From Candidatus Omnitrophota bacterium (GTDB taxonomy: Bacteria; Omnitrophota; Omnitrophia; Omnitrophales; JACROU01), in NCBI GenBank assembly GCA_029261035.1, contig JAJDCD010000022.1, positions 16,063-80,062 of the forward strand: a stretch of DNA of 64,000 nucleotides. Direction: 5' to 3'. The position numbers and the translations under genes were made by a program. The notes beneath the pieces were generated by a model. It ran no database searches and was not told the DNA's origin. It saw only the letters and a list, made by a program, of their open reading frames with translations. How positions within the stretch are numbered: position 1 is the stretch's first letter; every line of letters starts with the position of its first letter. Shown piece by piece: positions 8,723-19,313 of the stretch.

Positions 8723-10459
8723 ATGGAACAGCCTACTTTTTTTACGGAATTTCTACTTGTTATCGTTGTTGCTACCTGGGTAGCGGTTATCTTTGACCGC
8801 CTTCGCTTGCCCGCAGTTCTTGGGTTTCTCTTGGCTGGCCTTGTTATTGGTCCTCAAGGTTTTTCACTTCTTTCAAGCACTGAAAATATTCATCATTTAG
8901 CAGAAATGGGTGTTGTTCTTTTGATGTTTACCATTGGGCTTGAGTTTTCTGTAGATCACCTTAGGGGTGTTAAAAACATTGCTATTTGGGGCGGCTCTCT
9001 CCAAATTTTAATTTCAATTGGTTTGAGCTTATTGTTTACTTTGTGGTCTTCACTCACATTGTATCAAGGGTTTGTGTTGGGTTCTGTGATTGCGTTAAGT
9101 TCAACAGCCCTGGTTTTAAAATACTTAATCGATAGAGGAGAGGTCGGAACAGAGCATGGGCGTATTGCTATCTCTATTCTTATCTTTCAAGATTTGGCTA
9201 TATTGCCCCTAATGATTTTTACTTCAGGGCTTAGTTTATCTACGGATCAGTTAGCTCAAAATTTGTTTTTTGCTTTTCTGAAAACTTCAGGATTAATTCT
9301 CTTTGTGATTGTCTTTTCTCGATATGTTCTTCCTCATTTATTAAGGCAAATTGCAATGAGTCGAAGTCGTGAGATTTTTTTCTTAACCTCTATTGTAATT
9401 TGTTTAGGGATGGCTTGGGTGAGTGGACAGTTAGGTCTTTCTTTTGCTGTAGGGGCTTTTATCGCGGGGTTTATGTTTGCTAATACGGATTATAAGAGTC
9501 AGATTATGGGAGATGTTATCCCTTTTAGACATGTTTTTGTCAGTATTTTCTTTGTATCCATTGGACTTTTATTTGATATTCATTTTGCGATAGAACATAT
9601 CCTTACTGTGGTTACTGTATTCAGTTTTGTTTTGTTTATTAACTTTGTGTTGATGAGTTTGTTGATTGTCGCTTTTGGTTACCCTCCGCGAGTAGCATTA
9701 GCCGCTGGAATTATGTTATCTCAAATTGGTGAGTTCTCTTTTCTTATCATTGAATCTGCAAGAAATGCGCAAGGAATAGATGAATACTTGTATCAGTTAT
9801 TATTATCTGTCGCTTTTATGACTCTTTTGATTACACCTTTTTTATTTTCTTTAGTTCCTGTGGTGCTGAGAATTTCAGAAAACATTCCGTTTTTTGGTTT
9901 ACCACCCCGCAATTGGAAGAAAAGCAAATTAGAGAAAAACATTGCACTGAAAAATCATTATATTATTTGTGGTTTTGGAAAAGCGGGCGAAGATTTAGCG
10001 ATGACCTTAAAAGAAGAAAAAGTACCTTTTTTGATTATTGAGATGAACCCTCAGAAAGTAAAGAAAGCAAAGAAGTTAAGAATGAAAGCTATTTATGGAG
10101 ATGCTGCTAATGAAGAGGTGATTAAAAGGGCAGGGATTAAAAAGGCGAAGGCCCTTATTGTTAGCTATGTGGACCCCTTTGGTGTGGGGCAAATGATTCG
10201 AATTTCTCAGGGTTTAAATGAGGATGCGGAGATTGTTGTTAGAACACGCTATGAACGGGATGTGGCCAAACTCTATGATTTAGGGGCAGATACCGTTATT
10301 ATTGAAGAGTGGCAATCGAGTTATGAGCTGAATCGTATTATTTTGAGTCAGCTAGAAATTTCTGAGAAAAAAATTAATCATCATTTAGATCGAATACAAT
10401 CCCGTAAAGAACTGCTTGTAGAAGAAGCTATTTTGAAAAAAGATACGGAAGGCTTTTAG
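8723..10459 (+). CDS. CPA2-family cation:proton antiporter (KefB/KefC-like) with C-terminal RCK/TrkA-N domain
   Basis: About 12 TM helices, then a Rossmann GxGxxG (ICGFGKAGEDLA) RCK domain. Confidence 0.88.
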   Translation: MEQPTFFTEFLLVIVVATWVAVIFDRLRLPAVLGFLLAGLVIGPQGFSLLSSTENIHHLAEMGVVLLMFTIGLEFSVDHLRGVKNIAIWGGSLQILISIGLSLLFTLWSSLTLYQGFVLGSVIALSSTALVLKYLIDRGEVGTEHGRIAISILIFQDLAILPLMIFTSGLSLSTDQLAQNLFFAFLKTSGLILFVIVFSRYVLPHLLRQIAMSRSREIFFLTSIVICLGMAWVSGQLGLSFAVGAFIAGFMFANTDYKSQIMGDVIPFRHVFVSIFFVSIGLLFDIHFAIEHILTVVTVFSFVLFINFVLMSLLIVAFGYPPRVALAAGIMLSQIGEFSFLIIESARNAQGIDEYLYQLLLSVAFMTLLITPFLFSLVPVVLRISENIPFFGLPPRNWKKSKLEKNIALKNHYIICGFGKAGEDLAMTLKEEKVPFLIIEMNPQKVKKAKKLRMKAIYGDAANEEVIKRAGIKKAKALIVSYVDPFGVGQMIRISQGLNEDAEIVVRTRYERDVAKLYDLGADTVIIEEWQSSYELNRIILSQLEISEKKINHHLDRIQSRKELLVEEAILKKDTEGF

Positions 10460-10512
10460 TTCTTCTCTCAAAGAATTCCTCCTTAGAAAAAATTCATCCA
10501 ATAAAACTCTTT

Positions 10513-10528
10513 AGTGATCTAAGTCACT
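10513..10528. promoter_or_regulatory. weaker CRP-type box aGTGA-N6-TCACt upstream of desaturase
   Basis: Palindromic with 4/5 match per half-site; the −10 region is poorly defined. Confidence 0.25.
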
Positions 10529-10580
10529 GTAAGAACTGAATTTCAATGTCATTATGCTCCAAATTAAAAGGAGAATCATA

Positions 10581-11753
10581 ATGAAGCCACCATCGCCGCC
10601 TATTCGTAAAATAATTTGGGTCAATGTTATTTTTTTTGCGATAACCACTTTTGTAGCACTCATAGGAGCTCCTACTTATATCTACAAATATGGGCTTTCT
10701 TTTTTTGATATTACTTTATTTGTATTTTTTATGATAGCAACGGGTTTGTCTGTAACTGCTGGATATCATCGTTTGTTTGCACATACGACTTATCAAACAA
10801 ATCCGATTATTCGTTTTTTGTTCTTGTTTTTTGGAGCAGCTGCTTTTGAGCAACCTGTACTGGATTGGGCATCTCAACATCGAGATCATCATCAATATGT
10901 TGATACGGATGAGGACCCTTATAATATTAATAAAGGATTCTTTTATGCACATATGGGGTGGTTGATGTTTTGGGAGCATGATGTAGATCACTCTAATGTG
11001 AAAGATTTACAGAAAGATCCGATGGTAATGCATCAATCTAAATACTACATGTTGTGGGCTGCCGGTTCTGGGATTATTCTCCCTGTTCTTATTGGAGCCT
11101 TTGCAGGTCATGCTTTGGCAGCTTTTATTTTTGCTGTTTGCTTAAGGCTTACCTTGGTGTATCACGCAACTTTCTTTATCAATTCCATTTGCCACATGTT
11201 TGGGAAATCCACATATGATATTCATCAAACAGCAAGGGACCATTGGTTTATAGCATTTTTAACCTATGGAGAAGGCTATCATAATTTTCATCACGCCTTT
11301 CCAAATGACTACCGTAACGGAGTGCGTTGGTACCAATATGACCCATGTAAATGGTTGATTGCATCTATGAATTATATTGGGATGGCACGGGGTTTGAAGA
11401 GGGCTTCTCGTTTTCGTATTTTGGAAAAACGGTTAGCTGCTGAGAATCAACGAACAAACGAATTGTTGGAGTCTCTGATAAAAGATCCTCGTCTGGCAAA
11501 TGCACTTTCGGTTTTTCAAACGCATTATCAGAAGGTGAAAAATAGTTTGCTGGCTTGGGAGGAAACAGCCAAGGAATATAAGCGTATTTTACGTAAACAT
11601 GTGAGCCTAAATAACTTTAATTTGCGTTCAAAAGCATTTAAAGAGATGAAGTCGACACGATCCCTGTTTCAAAGAAAATATCAGAAGTGGAATCGTCTTA
11701 CGAACAAAGACCCTATTCTTCTGACGCAGTTTCTCTTATCTAAAGCAGCTTAA
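10581..11753 (+). CDS. acyl-CoA/acyl-lipid Δ9-type fatty-acid desaturase
   Basis: Three His boxes HRLFAH, HRDHHQY, HNFHHAF. Start moved to MKPPSPP after the AAAAGGAGA RBS. Confidence 0.88.
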   Translation: MKPPSPPIRKIIWVNVIFFAITTFVALIGAPTYIYKYGLSFFDITLFVFFMIATGLSVTAGYHRLFAHTTYQTNPIIRFLFLFFGAAAFEQPVLDWASQHRDHHQYVDTDEDPYNINKGFFYAHMGWLMFWEHDVDHSNVKDLQKDPMVMHQSKYYMLWAAGSGIILPVLIGAFAGHALAAFIFAVCLRLTLVYHATFFINSICHMFGKSTYDIHQTARDHWFIAFLTYGEGYHNFHHAFPNDYRNGVRWYQYDPCKWLIASMNYIGMARGLKRASRFRILEKRLAAENQRTNELLESLIKDPRLANALSVFQTHYQKVKNSLLAWEETAKEYKRILRKHVSLNNFNLRSKAFKEMKSTRSLFQRKYQKWNRLTNKDPILLTQFLLSKAA

Positions 11754-11781
11754 TTTATTTTGACCCCGATGAGGTGTTTGT

Positions 11782-11943
11782 ATGCACGAAAATGAAATAA
11801 ATTTCGAAATTAATGAAATCGTTAATATTAAAGGTTTGATCTTTAAGATTGCACTTGTCGATGCTGGAACTCGAAAGATGTGCCTTAAACAAATTTCCAA
11901 AGAAGAAGCAGCTGTCCTTAAAGAAGAAAGTGAAAAGGGCTAA
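11782..11943 (+). CDS. possible small protein (53 aa), not in ORF track
   Basis: ATG preceded by GAGGTG 5 nt upstream. Translation MHENEINFEINEIVNIKGLIFKIALVDAGTRKMCLKQISKEEAAVLKEESEKG. No homology is recognised. Confidence 0.25.
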   Translation: MHENEINFEINEIVNIKGLIFKIALVDAGTRKMCLKQISKEEAAVLKEESEKG

Positions 11944-11966
11944 GCTTTAAGCTGGAGGAGAATATT

Positions 11967-12419
11967 ATGGAAGAAATTCAAAAAGTTGTTTCTAAACATC
12001 CATTTTTTGAAGGTTTGGATGAATGGTATTTGGAACAACTGGCAAGGTATGGCACGTTCGCAGAATATGCTTCGAATGAATTTTTGATTCGTGAGTGTGG
12101 AGAAGCGGACCAGTTCTTTTTGATTCTAGAAGGAAAAGTCGCTGTGGGTTTTGAGAGTGATGGAGGAAACTTTTCAGCAGTGCAGGAGTTAACAGAGAAG
12201 GACATTTTAGGGTGGTCTTGGCTGATTCCGCCTCACCGGTGGCACTTTGATGCTATGGCTAAGACAGAAGTTAAAGTTATTGTCTTTGATGCGAAATACC
12301 TAAGAACTAAGTGCGAGGAAGATCCTAAATTAGGCTATGAAATGCTTAAGCGATTGACGCACTTCATTACCCAGAGGCTATTAGCAACTCGACTTCAGCT
12401 AGCAACTCCTCCTGTATAG
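11967..12419 (+). CDS. cyclic-nucleotide-binding domain protein (no DNA-binding domain)
   Basis: 150 aa with a cNMP-binding β-roll fold pattern (FFLILEGKVAV…) and no C-terminal HTH. Confidence 0.7.
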   Translation: MEEIQKVVSKHPFFEGLDEWYLEQLARYGTFAEYASNEFLIRECGEADQFFLILEGKVAVGFESDGGNFSAVQELTEKDILGWSWLIPPHRWHFDAMAKTEVKVIVFDAKYLRTKCEEDPKLGYEMLKRLTHFITQRLLATRLQLATPPV

Positions 12420-12485
12420 GATGAAAGAACATGATTTTAATTTCTTATATATAGAAATGGGGGGTTTTTTGCTATACTCCTACCT

Positions 12486-13148
12486 ATGCTTAAAGACATT
12501 CCATTATTCCAAGATTTAACAGCTGATGAAAGAAAGATTCTCGAGACTTGTTTGCATGAGAAGACCTACGAAAAAGGGGAGGTTCTCTTTTTGGCAGGAA
12601 CTATGTGTAAGCGAGTTTTCTTTGTTGCATCTGGAAAAATTAAGCTTTACAGAACCTCTGCTTCTGGAAAAGAACAGGTTTTAGAAGTTCTGGGTGGAGG
12701 TGAAACATGTGCTTGTAATGCTGAAGCTCAAGCCTTTAGTTGTGCTTCTACGGGAGAGGCCCTTATGCCGACAACAGTCTGGTACTTGTCAAAACCAGAT
12801 TATCTCCGCTTAGTACATGAAAATCCTAATATTGCCCGCAAATTGCTTCAAATCTTAACAGATAAGTTATTTAATATTGGGGGTTTAGTTGAAGAAATTT
12901 CTTTGATGAACGTCAAAGAGCGTCTTGTTAAGTTTCTATTAGATATGCTTAAAGATCAGACGAAGGGCGAAGGTAAAGATGAAGTTTTGATATTACCTTT
13001 CACCCGAGAAGAAATAGCTCACCAACTAGGTTCTGCAAGGGAAACGGTAGCGAGAAACCTTCATCAACTGAAGCAAGACAAGCTTATTGATATAAAACCT
13101 CATCAAATCGTTATTCTTGATAAAAATGGATTAGAAAGTCTCTTGTAA
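12486..13148 (+). CDS. Crp/Fnr-family transcriptional regulator (CRP-like recognition helix RETVAR; no FNR Cys cluster)
   Basis: N-terminal cNMP domain and C-terminal HTH …TREEIAHQLGSARETVARNLHQL…. It lies directly upstream of the nar operon. Confidence 0.85.
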   Translation: MLKDIPLFQDLTADERKILETCLHEKTYEKGEVLFLAGTMCKRVFFVASGKIKLYRTSASGKEQVLEVLGGGETCACNAEAQAFSCASTGEALMPTTVWYLSKPDYLRLVHENPNIARKLLQILTDKLFNIGGLVEEISLMNVKERLVKFLLDMLKDQTKGEGKDEVLILPFTREEIAHQLGSARETVARNLHQLKQDKLIDIKPHQIVILDKNGLESLL

Positions 13149-13247
13149 CTCTACTTATTTATCTTCTGTTTTTCATCTCATTTCATTGAAAATCCTACAA
13201 ATACGACAATTTCTGCCTAAAACTTAAAAATAGTTAATTTACCTGTG

Positions 13248-13263
13248 TGTGACCCATGTCACA
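13248..13263. promoter_or_regulatory. perfect CRP-type box TGTGA-CCCATG-TCACA, class-II position relative to TATACT −10 (13285-13290)
   Basis: Seen in sequence. Centre of the box to the −10 first base is 29.5 bp, the class-II geometry. It sits 82 bp upstream of the narC-like start. Confidence 0.65.
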
Positions 13264-13344
13264 AACAGTTTTAAGTAATGGAGCTATACTATTTTACGAG
13301 TTTGCACTATTCACCCAATTCTTTAGACTCTACGAAGGTGTGTA

Positions 13345-14136
13345 ATGAAGATAAATTTGTTGAGATTCTCAATTTCTCTATTTGTTTTGCTGGTATGTTT
13401 TCATTCTGGTAAGGCATTTGCTATCGATGAAGATATGGTGGATATTGACACGTCGGTTCAACTTTATGTACAGAACTGTTCTGGCTGTCATACCGTTGGA
13501 GGAGGAGAGCTGACGGGCCCTGACTTAAAGGATGTTTCTACATGGTCCCAGAATGATCTATTTCCGGCAGTAAAGAGAATGGAGAAAGAGGTAGGGCCTT
13601 TAACGGATGAAGAAATTCAGAGTTTGGTAGATTTCTTAAAGACTCCAGATGCGGGAGAACGTGTAAAAGCAGAAGAAGCAAAGGTTTCTATGAAGTTCCT
13701 GTCCCAGATGTCACCCGCAGATTCGGAGTTAGGAAAAGAATTATTTTTTGGCGAGAAAAGTTTTGAGAATAAAGGCTTAGCTTGCATTTCCTGCCACGGG
13801 ATATCGGATTACCAAGGAGGCCATTTAGGTCCCGACTTAACAGGGATTTACAAGAAAATGGGTGAAACGGCTTTAGTTTCTGCTAATGAAAAAGCTAGCT
13901 TTAAGATTATGCGAGCGGCTTATAAAGATCACGCTATTACAAAACAAGAAGCGCTCCACTTAACCGAGTTTATGAAAAAAGTTTCTGAAGATCCAAAAAC
14001 GGCATCGGAGTTTAATCCTGTTGTATGGATAGGCTCAGGGTTAGCCTTATTATTTTTTATTGTTCTTTTATTTATACGACCTAAAAGAAAAAAAAGCACA
14101 AGACATAATTTAATTAAAAAAACGAAAAAAGGGTAA
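13345..14136 (+). CDS. membrane-anchored dihaem cytochrome c (NarC-like)
   Basis: Signal peptide, two CxxCH motifs (CSGCH, CISCH), C-terminal TM helix and basic tail. First gene of the nar operon, as in Thermus narCGHJIK. Confidence 0.8.
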   Translation: MKINLLRFSISLFVLLVCFHSGKAFAIDEDMVDIDTSVQLYVQNCSGCHTVGGGELTGPDLKDVSTWSQNDLFPAVKRMEKEVGPLTDEEIQSLVDFLKTPDAGERVKAEEAKVSMKFLSQMSPADSELGKELFFGEKSFENKGLACISCHGISDYQGGHLGPDLTGIYKKMGETALVSANEKASFKIMRAAYKDHAITKQEALHLTEFMKKVSEDPKTASEFNPVVWIGSGLALLFFIVLLFIRPKRKKSTRHNLIKKTKKG

Positions 14137-14139
14137 ATC

Positions 14140-17100
14140 ATGAGTTGGATAAAAGATATTTTTTCACCTAAAGAAAGATCCTGGGAAGATTTTTATCGCA
14201 ATCGTTGGGCTTATGACAAGATTGTTCGGAGTACTCATGGTGTAAACTGCACCGGATCTTGTAGTTGGAATATTCATGTAAAGCAGGGGATTGTTACGTG
14301 GGAAATGCAAGCTTTGGACTACCCTCAAATTGATAAACAAATTCCTCCTTACGAACCTCGAGGATGTCAGAGAGGGATTTCTTACTCTTGGTATATCTAT
14401 AGCCCTTTAAGAATTAAGTATCCATTAGTGAGAGGGGTTCTTTTTGATTTGTGGAGAGAAGCTAAAAGAAAATATCCAACGGATCCTGTCAAAGCCTGGG
14501 AATCCATTGTAACGAATGAAAAGTCTAGAAAAGAATACCAACAAGCTCGAGGCAAGGGAGGTTTTAGAAGAGTTTCTTGGGATGAAGTCAGTGAGATTAT
14601 GGCTGCAGCTAATCTTTATACAGTGAAAAAATATGGGCCAGACCGATTGGTTGGATTTTCTCCAATTCCGGCGATGTCTATGATTAGTTATGCCGCAGGA
14701 GCTCGTTTTATGCAGCTTATGGGTGGTGTGGCTATGTCTTTTTATGATTGGTATTGTGATTTACCCCCTGCTTCTCCAGAAGTTTGGGGTGAGCAGACCG
14801 ACGTGGCTGAAAGTGCGGATTGGTATCAATCTAGAATGATCGCTGTTGTGGGATCTAATGTATTGATGACGCGTACGCCCGATGCGCATTACTTAGTCGA
14901 AGTGAGGCATCGTGGAAGTAAAGTTGTTGTTTTTTCTCCAGATTTTAGTCAAACCTCAAAAATTGCTGACGAATGGGTTCCAATTCACCAAGGACAAGAT
15001 GGTGCTTTTTGGCTTGCTGTAGGGCATGTTATTTTGAAAGAGTATTTTGTTGATCAAAAAACGGATTTCTTTTTGGATTATCAAAAGAAGTATACGGATG
15101 GACCTTTTCTTGTGGTTCTAAACAAGGGTGATGACGGAGTTTTTAAAGCGGGGTCTTTTTTAAGAGCTTCTGACTTTAAAGAAACACAAGATGAAGAAAA
15201 TGGAGAATGGAAACTTTTTGTTTGGGATCAAAAAACAAATAAACCGGCTATGCCAACAGGAACTGTAGGACATCGTTGGCAGGAAAAGAAAGGGGAATGG
15301 AATCTTAAAATGGAAGATTCTAAAACAGGAGAAAAACTGGATCCTGTTTTGTTTTTTGAAGGAAAAAATGCGGAGCAGGTTTCTGTTCATATGGACGATT
15401 TCTCTCAAGGGTTTGAAACGCAAAGTTTAGAACGTTCTATGTGTGCTCGGAAAATCAAAACGAAAGATGGGGAAGTGTATGTAACCACTTCTATGGAGCT
15501 GATGTTGGCTCAATATGGTGTTAAAAGATCAGAAAATGCTGAAGGGTTATGGCCAGATAGTTATGAGAATGATCTGGTGTATACGCCTGCTTGGCAAGAA
15601 AAGTTTACAGGCATCAAATCTTCAGTAGTGATTAATTTTGCAAGGGATTGGGCTCAGACGGCTATAGAAAGTGAAGGTCGTTGCAGTATTATTATTGGGG
15701 CTGGCGCAAATCACTGGTATCACAATAATCTGATTTATAGAGCGTGTATTAATGCACTCATCTTTTGTGGATGTGTTGGTAAGAACGGTGGTGGTTGGAA
15801 CCATTATGTAGGGCAAGAAAAACTGGCCCCAATGGCTTCTTGGTCTCCTATTGCATTTGGTACGGATTGGGGCGGTCCTCCTCGGCTTCAAAACTCTCCT
15901 TCATTTCACTATATTCATTCGGATCAATGGCGTTATGAGAAAGCATTTGATGAGGTTTGTGCTGTGAGTGAAAAAGATCATCCTATGACAACAGGACATA
16001 CGGCAGATAAGCAGGCTTTGGCTGTTCGTAACGGTTGGCTTCCATGTTTTCCTCAATTTAATAAAAGTAATTTTGATTTAATTAAAGAAGCTCGAGAGGA
16101 TGGAGCAGACGATCCTGGAAAAATAAAAAATTATGTAGTTAAACAATTAAAAGAGCGTAAGCTTTTATTTTCTATGGAAGATCCAGATAACCCCACGAGC
16201 TTTCCTCGTGTTTGGTACATTTGGCGTGGTAATGCTTTGATGTCTTCTGCTAAGGGGCATGAATATTTTTTAAAACATTATTTAGGAACACATTCCAATG
16301 CGATTTCTGAAGAAGTGGCGAAAGAAGATATTAAAGAGGTTGTTTGGCATGACAAGGTAGAGCTTGGAAAAATGGATTTAGTTGTGGATTTAAATTATCG
16401 TATGGATTCCTCTGCACTTTACTCCGATATTGTATTGCCGGCAGCCACTTATTATGAAAAAGATGATTTAAACTCTACGGACATGCATTCTTTTATCCAT
16501 CCTTTACAAGCGGCGGTTCAGCCTTGTTGGGAATCTAAAAGCGACTGGGCTATTTTTCGAGATTTAGCAAAAGCAACTTCTGAAATGTCGGAACAATATT
16601 TTTCAGAACCTGTTGAGGATATTGTTGTAACTCCTTTACTTCATGATACGCCACAGGAAATCACACAGCCCACCGTGAAAGATTGGGCTAAGGGAGAGTG
16701 TGAACCTATTCCGGGAAAAACAATGCCTAATATTCAAGTTGTTCAGCGGCATTATCCTGATGTGTATAAGAAATTTATTTCTTTAGGGCCTAACTATCGA
16801 AATAAGGGGTTGTCAGCTCATGGGTTGAGTTATATGGCAGATGATGAATATGATCGCTTTTGTGAAGAAGAGCCCGTAGAAAAGTGGGATGGAAAGGTCT
16901 ACCCATCTCTTAAAGAAGATAGAGGTGTTTGTGAGATTATTTTAGCTTTTGCTCCAGAAACGAATGGAGAAATGGCTTGTCGCGCTTATGAGGCGGAATC
17001 TAAAAAAACAGGTTTGGATCTCACTCATCTAGCTGAAGACAGCCGTTCCATTAAATATAATTTTAACGATTTAATCGCTTCTCCTAAGAGGGTATTGACG

Positions 17101-17775
17101 ACACCTTATTGGACAGGGGTAACACGAGACAATCGAACGTATAGTGCCTTTTGTCAGAATATAGAACAGTTGATTCCATGGAGAACTTTGACAGGAAGGC
17201 AGCACTTTTATATGGATCATGAGGCGTATCGGGCTTTTGGGGAACATGTTCCTACCTTTAAAATTAGAATGGATGAAAAACAAAGTCGTGATTTGGTTCA
17301 AACAAAAAAAGAACCAGACAGTCTAACTCTAAATTATTTAACTCCACATGGTAAATGGCATATCCATAGTACTTATGGAGACACGCTTCGTATGAAGACG
17401 TTGTCACGAGGAATTGAACCTATATGGTTGAATGATCGAGATGCTGGTTTAGTGGGTGTTTGTGATAATGATTGGGTCGAGGTGACGAATGATCACGGGT
17501 CTGTTGTTACGAGAGCGTGTGTGAGCGCTCGAATTCCAAGAGGTATTTGTTTTATTTATCATGCAGTGGAAAGAACGGTTGGAGTTCCTAAATCACCGTC
17601 GCGTAATTTTAAACGAGCAGGAGGACATAACAGTTTAACTCGAGCTCGATTGAAGCCTTTGTTTATGATTGGGGGATATGCTCAATTTTCATACTTTTTT
17701 AACTATTGGGGTCCTCAAGGAGTTAATAGAGATACTTTTATAAAAATACGCAAACTAGGCAAATTGGTCTGGTAA
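14140..17775 (+). CDS. narG: respiratory nitrate reductase alpha subunit NarG (cytoplasmic nNar type; no Tat signal)
   Basis: 1211 aa. N-terminal HGVNCTGSCSWNIHVKQG [4Fe-4S]/His motif. Molybdopterin oxidoreductase. Confidence 0.95.
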   Translation: MSWIKDIFSPKERSWEDFYRNRWAYDKIVRSTHGVNCTGSCSWNIHVKQGIVTWEMQALDYPQIDKQIPPYEPRGCQRGISYSWYIYSPLRIKYPLVRGVLFDLWREAKRKYPTDPVKAWESIVTNEKSRKEYQQARGKGGFRRVSWDEVSEIMAAANLYTVKKYGPDRLVGFSPIPAMSMISYAAGARFMQLMGGVAMSFYDWYCDLPPASPEVWGEQTDVAESADWYQSRMIAVVGSNVLMTRTPDAHYLVEVRHRGSKVVVFSPDFSQTSKIADEWVPIHQGQDGAFWLAVGHVILKEYFVDQKTDFFLDYQKKYTDGPFLVVLNKGDDGVFKAGSFLRASDFKETQDEENGEWKLFVWDQKTNKPAMPTGTVGHRWQEKKGEWNLKMEDSKTGEKLDPVLFFEGKNAEQVSVHMDDFSQGFETQSLERSMCARKIKTKDGEVYVTTSMELMLAQYGVKRSENAEGLWPDSYENDLVYTPAWQEKFTGIKSSVVINFARDWAQTAIESEGRCSIIIGAGANHWYHNNLIYRACINALIFCGCVGKNGGGWNHYVGQEKLAPMASWSPIAFGTDWGGPPRLQNSPSFHYIHSDQWRYEKAFDEVCAVSEKDHPMTTGHTADKQALAVRNGWLPCFPQFNKSNFDLIKEAREDGADDPGKIKNYVVKQLKERKLLFSMEDPDNPTSFPRVWYIWRGNALMSSAKGHEYFLKHYLGTHSNAISEEVAKEDIKEVVWHDKVELGKMDLVVDLNYRMDSSALYSDIVLPAATYYEKDDLNSTDMHSFIHPLQAAVQPCWESKSDWAIFRDLAKATSEMSEQYFSEPVEDIVVTPLLHDTPQEITQPTVKDWAKGECEPIPGKTMPNIQVVQRHYPDVYKKFISLGPNYRNKGLSAHGLSYMADDEYDRFCEEEPVEKWDGKVYPSLKEDRGVCEIILAFAPETNGEMACRAYEAESKKTGLDLTHLAEDSRSIKYNFNDLIASPKRVLTTPYWTGVTRDNRTYSAFCQNIEQLIPWRTLTGRQHFYMDHEAYRAFGEHVPTFKIRMDEKQSRDLVQTKKEPDSLTLNYLTPHGKWHIHSTYGDTLRMKTLSRGIEPIWLNDRDAGLVGVCDNDWVEVTNDHGSVVTRACVSARIPRGICFIYHAVERTVGVPKSPSRNFKRAGGHNSLTRARLKPLFMIGGYAQFSYFFNYWGPQGVNRDTFIKIRKLGKLVW

Positions 17776-17813
17776 ATCGAAGAAATATTTTTACATAACA
17801 AAGGAAAAACATA

Positions 17814-19310
17814 ATGGATGTAAGAGCTCAAACAGCAATGGTATTTCATTTGGATAAATGTATTGGATGCCATACCTGTAGTGTGGCATGTAAGAACATT
17901 TGGACTGATCGCCCAGGTGCAGAATATATGTGGTGGAATAATGTAGAAACAAAACCTGGAACGGGTTACCCCACGCTTTGGGAAGATCAGGTTAATTATA
18001 AAGGTGGGTGGGAAGTTACAGACAAGAGAGAACTAAAACTTAAAAGTCAAAACAAGAAAAATTTTTGGCTGAAGATGTTCTATAACCCTAACCAACCTAC
18101 ATTGGATGATTATTACGAACCATGGACTTATGAATATAAGCATTTAACAGATGCTAAGCTAGGAGATGATCAGCCTACAGCTAGACCGATTTCTCAAATC
18201 ACTGGGGAGCCTATTGATATTGAAGCGGGGCCCAACTGGGATGATGATTTATCCGGTTCTCCTATCTATGCCGAAAATGATCCTAATTTAAGCCAATTGT
18301 CAGAAGATGAGAAAAGAATGCTTTTTGAAATCGAAAGTATTTCAATGATGTACTTACCCCGCATTTGTAATCACTGTGCAAACCCAAGTTGTGTAGCTGC
18401 TTGTCCTTCTGGGGCATTGTATAAGCGAGGGGAAGATGGGATTGTACTTGTGAATCAAGATGTTTGTCGTGGTTGGAGAAATTGTGTAGCCGCATGCCCA
18501 TATAAGAAAATTTATTTTAATTGGAAAACAGGAAAATCTGAAAAATGTATTTTGTGTTACCCCCGAATAGAAACGGGGCAGCCTCCAGCATGTTTTCATA
18601 GTTGTGTTGGGAGAATCCGTTATATGGGTGTTTTGCTTTATGATGCAGATCGTGTTGAAGAAGCGATGAAAGCGCCTTTAAATTCTCTTGTGGAGTCGCA
18701 AAGAAGTGTTTTGTTAGATCCTTTTGACCCTGAAGTTATTAAAGGAGCTAAAGAAAACAATATTAGTCCTGAAATGATTGACTCTGCACAGAATTCACCT
18801 GTATGGAATTATGTGATGAAGTGGAAATTAGCCTTACCTCTTCACCCGGAGTTTCGCACACTTCCTATGTTGTACTACGTTCCACCGTTACTTCCTGTAA
18901 TGGGGAAAATAGGGGACGGTATTTACGAGCATAAAACGGAAGACTTTTTTGCTTCAATAGAACAAGCGAGGCTTCCTATGAAGTTTTTGGCTTCTCTTTT
19001 CAGTGCGGGGAACTTAAATGAAATTAGAAGTGTCATGAAAAAACTTTTAGCGATACGACATTTCAAAAGAGCGGAATCTAGAAAAGAATTGGGCTCTGAC
19101 AAGATAAGAAAGATTCTTCATGAATCAAGAATGGACCCAGAAGAAGCAGAAGCAATCTATCAATTAACTTCTTGCCCTGGACCTTACGAGCGATTTGTTT
19201 TACCGCCTCTTCAAAGAGAAGAAGCGATGGAGGGTGGGGAAGAATGCCCTGAGTCTTGTAAAGGGAGTTGTGGCTTAGGAGATGTTCAAACACCAAAGCG
19301 AGGGTTATAA
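17814..19310 (+). CDS. narH: respiratory nitrate reductase beta subunit NarH
   Basis: Four Cys clusters (CIGCHTCSVAC…, CNHCANPSCVAACP…). Confidence 0.95.
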   Translation: MDVRAQTAMVFHLDKCIGCHTCSVACKNIWTDRPGAEYMWWNNVETKPGTGYPTLWEDQVNYKGGWEVTDKRELKLKSQNKKNFWLKMFYNPNQPTLDDYYEPWTYEYKHLTDAKLGDDQPTARPISQITGEPIDIEAGPNWDDDLSGSPIYAENDPNLSQLSEDEKRMLFEIESISMMYLPRICNHCANPSCVAACPSGALYKRGEDGIVLVNQDVCRGWRNCVAACPYKKIYFNWKTGKSEKCILCYPRIETGQPPACFHSCVGRIRYMGVLLYDADRVEEAMKAPLNSLVESQRSVLLDPFDPEVIKGAKENNISPEMIDSAQNSPVWNYVMKWKLALPLHPEFRTLPMLYYVPPLLPVMGKIGDGIYEHKTEDFFASIEQARLPMKFLASLFSAGNLNEIRSVMKKLLAIRHFKRAESRKELGSDKIRKILHESRMDPEEAEAIYQLTSCPGPYERFVLPPLQREEAMEGGEECPESCKGSCGLGDVQTPKRGL

Positions 19311-19313
19311 GTC

